Below, in pieces: positions 59,157-64,000 of a stretch of DNA of 64,000 nucleotides. Below the pieces are notes generated by a model. That model was given only the letters and a program-made list of their open reading frames with translations, was not told the DNA's origin and did not search any database. Both the position numbers and the translations under genes were made by a program. How positions within the stretch are numbered: position 1 is the stretch's first letter; the number at the start of each line of letters is the position of its first letter. The DNA lies in assembly GCA_964507055.1 (NCBI GenBank), contig CAZDOJ010000001.1, positions 273,313-337,312 on the forward strand, read 5' to 3'. The DNA comes from an uncultured Gammaproteobacteria bacterium (GTDB lineage: Bacteria; Patescibacteriota; Microgenomatia; Levybacterales; UBA12049).

Positions 59157-60198
59157 CTTCTTTCATCATGACTTTAAGTAAGCACACAACTTCGTTTTCT
59201 TTGGTATTAAGTCCATGAATTCTTCTAAAATTATCCTCTTCCAATTTATCCTTAATATTAGAAATGACATATCCATTAGTGTATGCTTCAAAGATTGTGG
59301 GATGGATGTAATACTTCTTGCATGTCGCGGGCTTATTTCTTAAATGTTCTGCAACACGTTTTACTGTTGCAACAATGGTTTTTTGCGAATCTTTTTCTTC
59401 TGCTGCAATTCCTGCTTCATCAAGCATACTTGCGGCAGCCACTGTTCCACCCCATGTTCTGAAATCTTTTGCAGTGATATCTTTCCCGGTTATCTTTTTG
59501 AGATGTTCATTAATGTCGTGTGAAGTTACTTCATTTGGTTTACCGTCTTCGTCTTGATACTCAAAAAGATCTTGTCCTGGGAGTTCCTGACAGCGACGGA
59601 CAATGCCTGCAATTTTTTTATCTGAGACATGGACTTTATGCTTTACGCCACTTTTACCAATAAATGAGAATTCTATATCACTGCTTTTAATATGAGCATG
59701 ATGATTTGTCAGTGTAGTGAGTCCATACGAATTATTCTCTTCTTTATACTCTATGTTACCAACTCTGATTAATGTATGCTCCAAAAGCCATACAACGGTT
59801 GCTATGACCTTTTCTTTGGGCAATCCTTTCATCTGTAACCCTTTATCTATATCGGCACGAATCTTTGGCAATGCCGTTGCAAAATCAAGAACGTGACTAA
59901 ATTTCTGTTGTTGTTTTAACTCATTCCAAAACTGATGATAGCGATACTGTTTACGACCACGTGCATCAATACCTGTAGCTTGCATATGTCCATTTTTGTA
60001 TGGAGAAATCCAAACTCTTTTCCATGCTGGAGGAATGACAAGTTTGTTTATACGATCAACGATATTTTGATCTGTGATTCGTTCGCCTTTTTTATCAAAG
60101 TAAGCAAAATGTTTCCCTTGGAGTTTTCTTGTGAAGCCTGGTTTGTTATCAGTAACGTATCGGAGTTTTACTCCGTCTAATATGTCTTTATCGTCCAT
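59122..60198 (-). CDS. DNA topoisomerase IB (poxvirus-type, bacterial TopIB)
   Basis: RVGNIEYKEENNSYGLTTL, DFRTWGGT and a catalytic-tyrosine region KKYYIHP. Confidence 0.85.
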   Translation of the reverse strand: MDDKDILDGVKLRYVTDNKPGFTRKLQGKHFAYFDKKGERITDQNIVDRINKLVIPPAWKRVWISPYKNGHMQATGIDARGRKQYRYHQFWNELKQQQKFSHVLDFATALPKIRADIDKGLQMKGLPKEKVIATVVWLLEHTLIRVGNIEYKEENNSYGLTTLTNHHAHIKSSDIEFSFIGKSGVKHKVHVSDKKIAGIVRRCQELPGQDLFEYQDEDGKPNEVTSHDINEHLKKITGKDITAKDFRTWGGTVAAASMLDEAGIAAEEKDSQKTIVATVKRVAEHLRNKPATCKKYYIHPTIFEAYTNGYVISNIKDKLEEDNFRRIHGLNTKENEVVCLLKVMMKEGEKNLDAKAQI

Positions 60199-60299
60199 TG
60201 GTAGTAGTATATCATGATCTAGATTTTTTTAAATAATTCTTACTCACATTTACATAATTCTCATAATCAGACGCTAAACTAAATAATTGTTGTTACTTC

Positions 60300-60695
60300 A
60301 TGAATACCTATACAAAAAATGGTTACAATACTTCCGTCCGTAGAAAAATACTTGTAGCAGATGACGATCCAGCAATACTTGATGCTGTAAAGATGATGTT
60401 AGAATTCTGTGATTATGAAGTTTATACTTCTCCGGATGGAATGTTTGTACCAAAATTAAAAGATCAAAGACCGCAATTACTTTTGTTGGATATTTGGATG
60501 TCCGGAACTGATGGTCGAGAAGTATGTAAAAAACTGAAATCTCGCAAAGAAACAAAAGACATTCCGATCATCCTTATCTCTGCAAGTAGTGACGCCGAGA
60601 AAAGCTCAAAAGAAGCTGGTGCAAATGACTTCTTAGCAAAGCCTTTTGAAATGAATGATTTACTGCAGAAGATTGAAAAGTATATTTCTAACTAA
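60300..60695 (+). CDS. stand-alone response-regulator receiver (REC) domain protein
   Basis: KILVADDDPAIL ... LLLLDIWMSGTDG ... IPIILISA. Confidence 0.8.
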   Translation: MNTYTKNGYNTSVRRKILVADDDPAILDAVKMMLEFCDYEVYTSPDGMFVPKLKDQRPQLLLLDIWMSGTDGREVCKKLKSRKETKDIPIILISASSDAEKSSKEAGANDFLAKPFEMNDLLQKIEKYISN

Positions 60696-63600
60696 TTAGT
60701 ATTCTTTGGTTTTCGTCCCCTTTTTTCTTCAGGTATCTTCCCTTCACTCTTATTAAAGAATGCATAATACACAACAGGAATAAAGAATAGCATTGTTGTT
60801 CCTGAGAAGAATAGTCCAGACATGATGGCTCCTCCCAAGCCTCTCCACAATGGATCTGAAAGGGTAATTGGTATCAATCCAACAATTGTCGCAAATGATG
60901 TTAAGGTAATTGGTTCCAATCGACTTTCCGCTGCATCAACAATTGCTTCTTTGAATTCCATTTGTTCTTTAAGGTTCTGATTAATTTTATCAACAATAAG
61001 AATAGAATTCTTCACAACGATTCCAAAGAGTGCAAGTACTCCAATAAGTGCTGGGAATGAAAGCGGTGTATTGGTTATTGAGAAGATAATAAATACACCT
61101 GAGATTGATAATGGGATAACAAGCATTACGATAAATGCTTTTCTAAATGATGAAAATTGCAAAACCATAGTAAGGATAATTAATAGGAATGAAAGGATCA
61201 TGGCCATAAGGATTGCCTGAACCGATTGATCATTTTCTTCATTAACTCCACCGGTTGCCCATGAATATCCATCAGGTAAATTAAGTGAATTTGCGTATTC
61301 TTCAAGTTTTGTATTTACTTCTGTTGAAGATGTTCCTTGCGTTACTCCTGCAGAAACTGACATTGTTCGTTTTCCATCCTCACGAGTAATTAATGTCGGG
61401 TTTGGACGTAATTCAAATCTGCCCAATGAAATCAATGGAATTTGTCCTGTTGGTGTCGGAATAGTTATTGTTGAAACATCTTGTGCAGTTTGCGGTGTAA
61501 TAGCTGTTCTCAGGACAATATCTTGTGACTCATCAGATTCTTTTTGTAATTTAGCATCCTTTTGTAATGTAAATCCACTTGCATAGGTACGCATTGCAGA
61601 ACCGAGTTGATCTTGTGTTATGCCAGCTGCAGCAAGTTTCTGTGCATCAGGGATAAATACAATTTTACTTGTTCCAGATTTAATTGATTTCGAAATATTT
61701 GTAACGCCTTGTTGTTTTTCCAAGAAGGTTTGAACTTGTGTTGCATACTTATCAATCTCTGCTAAATCCTCTCCAGAAATTTTAATTTGCAAATCACTCC
61801 CTGCAGGAGGTCCATCAGAAACCTCTACTACTGAAATAGTTCCTTTTTGATATGTACTGTATTTCTCTCGCAACTTTTCTGACAAATCAATTGAAGATAC
61901 TCCCCCTTTATGTGGAAGTAAAATTGTAATTAACGCGGTATTATCATTTGAACCTCCAAAACCACGACCTGGATCAATACTTAATTTAGGAGTTGCTGTA
62001 ACGAATGAAACATTTTCAATTTTTCTTGTATCCTCTAGGATCGCCAGCATTTCTTTCCGTGTCGTTTGAATATTGGTTCCTGCTGGTAATTCAAGAGAAA
62101 GATATACATATTCCTGATCACTCTTTGGGAAGAATTCGTTCTTCACATATCCAAGAGGAACAAGTACATATGAGAATAATGAGAATGCTACAACAATAAT
62201 AACTGTCGTTTTTCGGAGCGATCCTCGTGAAAGAATTTTATTAATAATACTTCGATACTTCTTTTCAACGATTTCAAAATTAATAACACCATTATTTAAG
62301 TAATATGAAATACTTTTTCTTTCCTTTGTTTGTGTTTGTAACGGTTGCTTATGAAGTTTCTCTTGCATTCGCTTGTACAATTGATATCGTACTTGGAAAT
62401 AGATAAAGATATTAATTACGAAAAGGATAAATGCAGGAATGAATAATGGACCTTGTGGCATGATTGTGATAAATAACGCCAATACTAAAAGTATTCCAAT
62501 AATTCTAAAAAGAATAACAATACGGTTTGGCAATTTGCCGTTCAACAAAATAATGAAGAATGGCAAAGTAACAAATAACGCTACTCCAAGTGATGCGAGA
62601 AGAATTGTCGATACAACGATTGGGATTGGTCGTATAAATTCTCCAATGATTCCTGTTGAAAGAAGTAGTGGAACAAAAGCCCATACTGTCGTTAACGTCG
62701 TAGTGAGAATAGCGGTTTTAAAATCACGCCAAACGAGAAGACCTGCTTCAAGGGGTGTAAATTTGTTTGTTCGATAATATGCTGTTAATGCCGAAACAAC
62801 AACAATCGTATCATCTACTAAAAGTCCAAGTGATAAAAGTAATGAGAAGAATGCGATGAAACTCAAAGAAATATTTGTCATGTTCATAACAATAAATGTT
62901 ATGAGAAATGTGAGAGGAATGGCGAGTGATGCAATGATTGCTTGGCGTAAACCAAGGAATAAAAAGAGTGTCAAAAATACCAGCGAAATAGTGATAAGTA
63001 AGTCACGAACTAAATCATAGTATTGTTCGTCTATTTGTTGCCCTGCATCAATAACGGATGAAATTATAAACTTATTGCCATATTCTTTTGTAGATTCATC
63101 TGTTGTTTTTCTAGCATCTTCAACTGCATCAGTAATATTTGCTGTACCGGTTTTGTAAATATCAAATCTAATTGTTTGTACTGGTGCTTGATCTTTGGAT
63201 GCTATGTATGACGCTGTAGCATCAGGTTTTATTCGTTGCTGAACAGTTGCAACGTCAGACAATAAAATTGAAGAAGTACCATTTGCAATTTGTAAATTAC
63301 GCAGTTGTTCGACATTGGTTACAGTTGGGTCGATACTTAAGATAAAGGAAGATGCACTTGTCGTAATTGTTCCTGCAGGTGCAGATCCAATATTTGATTT
63401 GATTGTCTCAGAAATAGCGGACGGACTCAGACCATATACCGCAAGTTTTTGTGGATTTACAAGAACTTGAATTTCTTCATCATCAAGTCCAGTTGTTTCA
63501 ACCCTATCAATTGATGGAAGATCTTCAAGTTTGTCACGTAATGCTTTTCCAAATCGAACTAGACTAACAGTATCAGTTTTGCTACTCAATGAAAATGTCC

Positions 63601-63991
63601 AAACAGGTTCATTCTCAAAATCCAATTTCTGGACATTTGGTGACTCAGCACTATCCGGTAAATCTGTAATACTATCAACTGCAGATTGCACATCGGCTTT
63701 TGCTTTATCAGGATTGACACCAGATTCAAATTCAAGAGTTACGACAGAAACAGAATCCTGTGATGTTGAAGACATTGTTTTAACGTCATCTATACTATTT
63801 AAACTATTTTCAACAGGAACAGTTACAAGTGACTCAATATCATCTGGTGATGCACCTGGTAATGTGGTCGAGACAATAACAATGGGAATATTGATTTGGG
63901 GATTTAGTACACGTGGAATACTCATGTAACTCGCTACACCTACGATTACCATAAGTAAAACAGTCAAAATTACCAAACGAGTATTTTGCAA
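60692..63991 (-). CDS. RND-superfamily efflux transporter permease (AcrB/MMPL-like)
   Basis: 1099 aa with a 12-TM, two-large-periplasmic-loop architecture. The N-terminus MQNTRLVILTVLLMVIVGVASYMSIPRVLNPQINIPIVIVSTTLPGASPDDIE matches RND. Confidence 0.85.
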   Translation of the reverse strand: MQNTRLVILTVLLMVIVGVASYMSIPRVLNPQINIPIVIVSTTLPGASPDDIESLVTVPVENSLNSIDDVKTMSSTSQDSVSVVTLEFESGVNPDKAKADVQSAVDSITDLPDSAESPNVQKLDFENEPVWTFSLSSKTDTVSLVRFGKALRDKLEDLPSIDRVETTGLDDEEIQVLVNPQKLAVYGLSPSAISETIKSNIGSAPAGTITTSASSFILSIDPTVTNVEQLRNLQIANGTSSILLSDVATVQQRIKPDATASYIASKDQAPVQTIRFDIYKTGTANITDAVEDARKTTDESTKEYGNKFIISSVIDAGQQIDEQYYDLVRDLLITISLVFLTLFLFLGLRQAIIASLAIPLTFLITFIVMNMTNISLSFIAFFSLLLSLGLLVDDTIVVVSALTAYYRTNKFTPLEAGLLVWRDFKTAILTTTLTTVWAFVPLLLSTGIIGEFIRPIPIVVSTILLASLGVALFVTLPFFIILLNGKLPNRIVILFRIIGILLVLALFITIMPQGPLFIPAFILFVINIFIYFQVRYQLYKRMQEKLHKQPLQTQTKERKSISYYLNNGVINFEIVEKKYRSIINKILSRGSLRKTTVIIVVAFSLFSYVLVPLGYVKNEFFPKSDQEYVYLSLELPAGTNIQTTRKEMLAILEDTRKIENVSFVTATPKLSIDPGRGFGGSNDNTALITILLPHKGGVSSIDLSEKLREKYSTYQKGTISVVEVSDGPPAGSDLQIKISGEDLAEIDKYATQVQTFLEKQQGVTNISKSIKSGTSKIVFIPDAQKLAAAGITQDQLGSAMRTYASGFTLQKDAKLQKESDESQDIVLRTAITPQTAQDVSTITIPTPTGQIPLISLGRFELRPNPTLITREDGKRTMSVSAGVTQGTSSTEVNTKLEEYANSLNLPDGYSWATGGVNEENDQSVQAILMAMILSFLLIILTMVLQFSSFRKAFIVMLVIPLSISGVFIIFSITNTPLSFPALIGVLALFGIVVKNSILIVDKINQNLKEQMEFKEAIVDAAESRLEPITLTSFATIVGLIPITLSDPLWRGLGGAIMSGLFFSGTTMLFFIPVVYYAFFNKSEGKIPEEKRGRKPKNTN

Positions 63992-64000
63992 ATATCTTCC

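Noticed and set aside
1-64000. Alternative genetic code (UGA recoding, as in some reduced-genome lineages)
   Set aside because: All conserved genes (aaRS, ribosomal proteins, obg, hflX, polA) read through as long uninterrupted ORFs under the standard code. The only in-frame stop is a single TAA in one P-loop kinase gene.
1-64000. CRISPR arrays or rRNA genes
   Set aside because: No regularly spaced direct repeats and no rRNA-like conserved stretches were seen; the only repeats are the protein-coding TP-linker repeat and the island att-site repeats.

Overview
This is a low-GC, gene-dense bacterial window with about 90% coding sequence, short intergenic regions and many 4-nt gene overlaps. Overall it resembles a small-genome, Patescibacteria-like lineage: trigger factor is minimal, polA is polymerase-domain only, thrS is short, and there are many secreted cell-wall hydrolases. 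That lineage call is inference only. The standard genetic code applies, with no in-frame TGA in conserved genes.

The left end carries a conserved thrS-infC-rpmI-rplT ... pheS-pheT translation cluster. Three phenylalanine-branch genes (chorismate mutase, aminotransferase, prephenate dehydratase) have been inserted into it.

Six tRNAs are present: Val-GAC, Leu-TAG, Leu-CAG, Leu-GAG, Val-TAC and Gly-GCC.

Core housekeeping genes include the M20 peptidase, tig, hflX, greA, obg, htpX, polA, a bacterial TopIB and an RND pump.

The accessory content I consider most interesting:
1. A three-gene cluster pairing a GT4 glycosyltransferase with MshA-like N-terminal motifs, a histidine phosphatase, and a short CysRS paralogue with MshC-like signature motifs. 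This looks like a mycothiol-like cysteinyl-aminosugar thiol pathway outside Actinobacteria.
2. A roughly 6.6 kb island integrated at the 3' end of tRNA-Gly. The displaced tRNA 3' half (with its native terminator), 52-nt direct repeats and an integrase N-terminal remnant survive. It carries a cytochrome P450, a PLD-family protein, a class-V aminotransferase, a HAD phosphatase and a TIM-barrel protein.
3. An 1875-aa protein with two sacsin/HSP90-like GHKL ATPase modules, co-operonic with a paralogue of that TIM-barrel gene.
4. An XRE-HTH / JAB(MPN+) metalloprotease cassette wedged next to thrS.

I also see several perfect sigma70-consensus promoters and rho-independent terminators. A P-loop kinase gene is interrupted by an in-frame TAA. 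No rRNA or CRISPR array is present.
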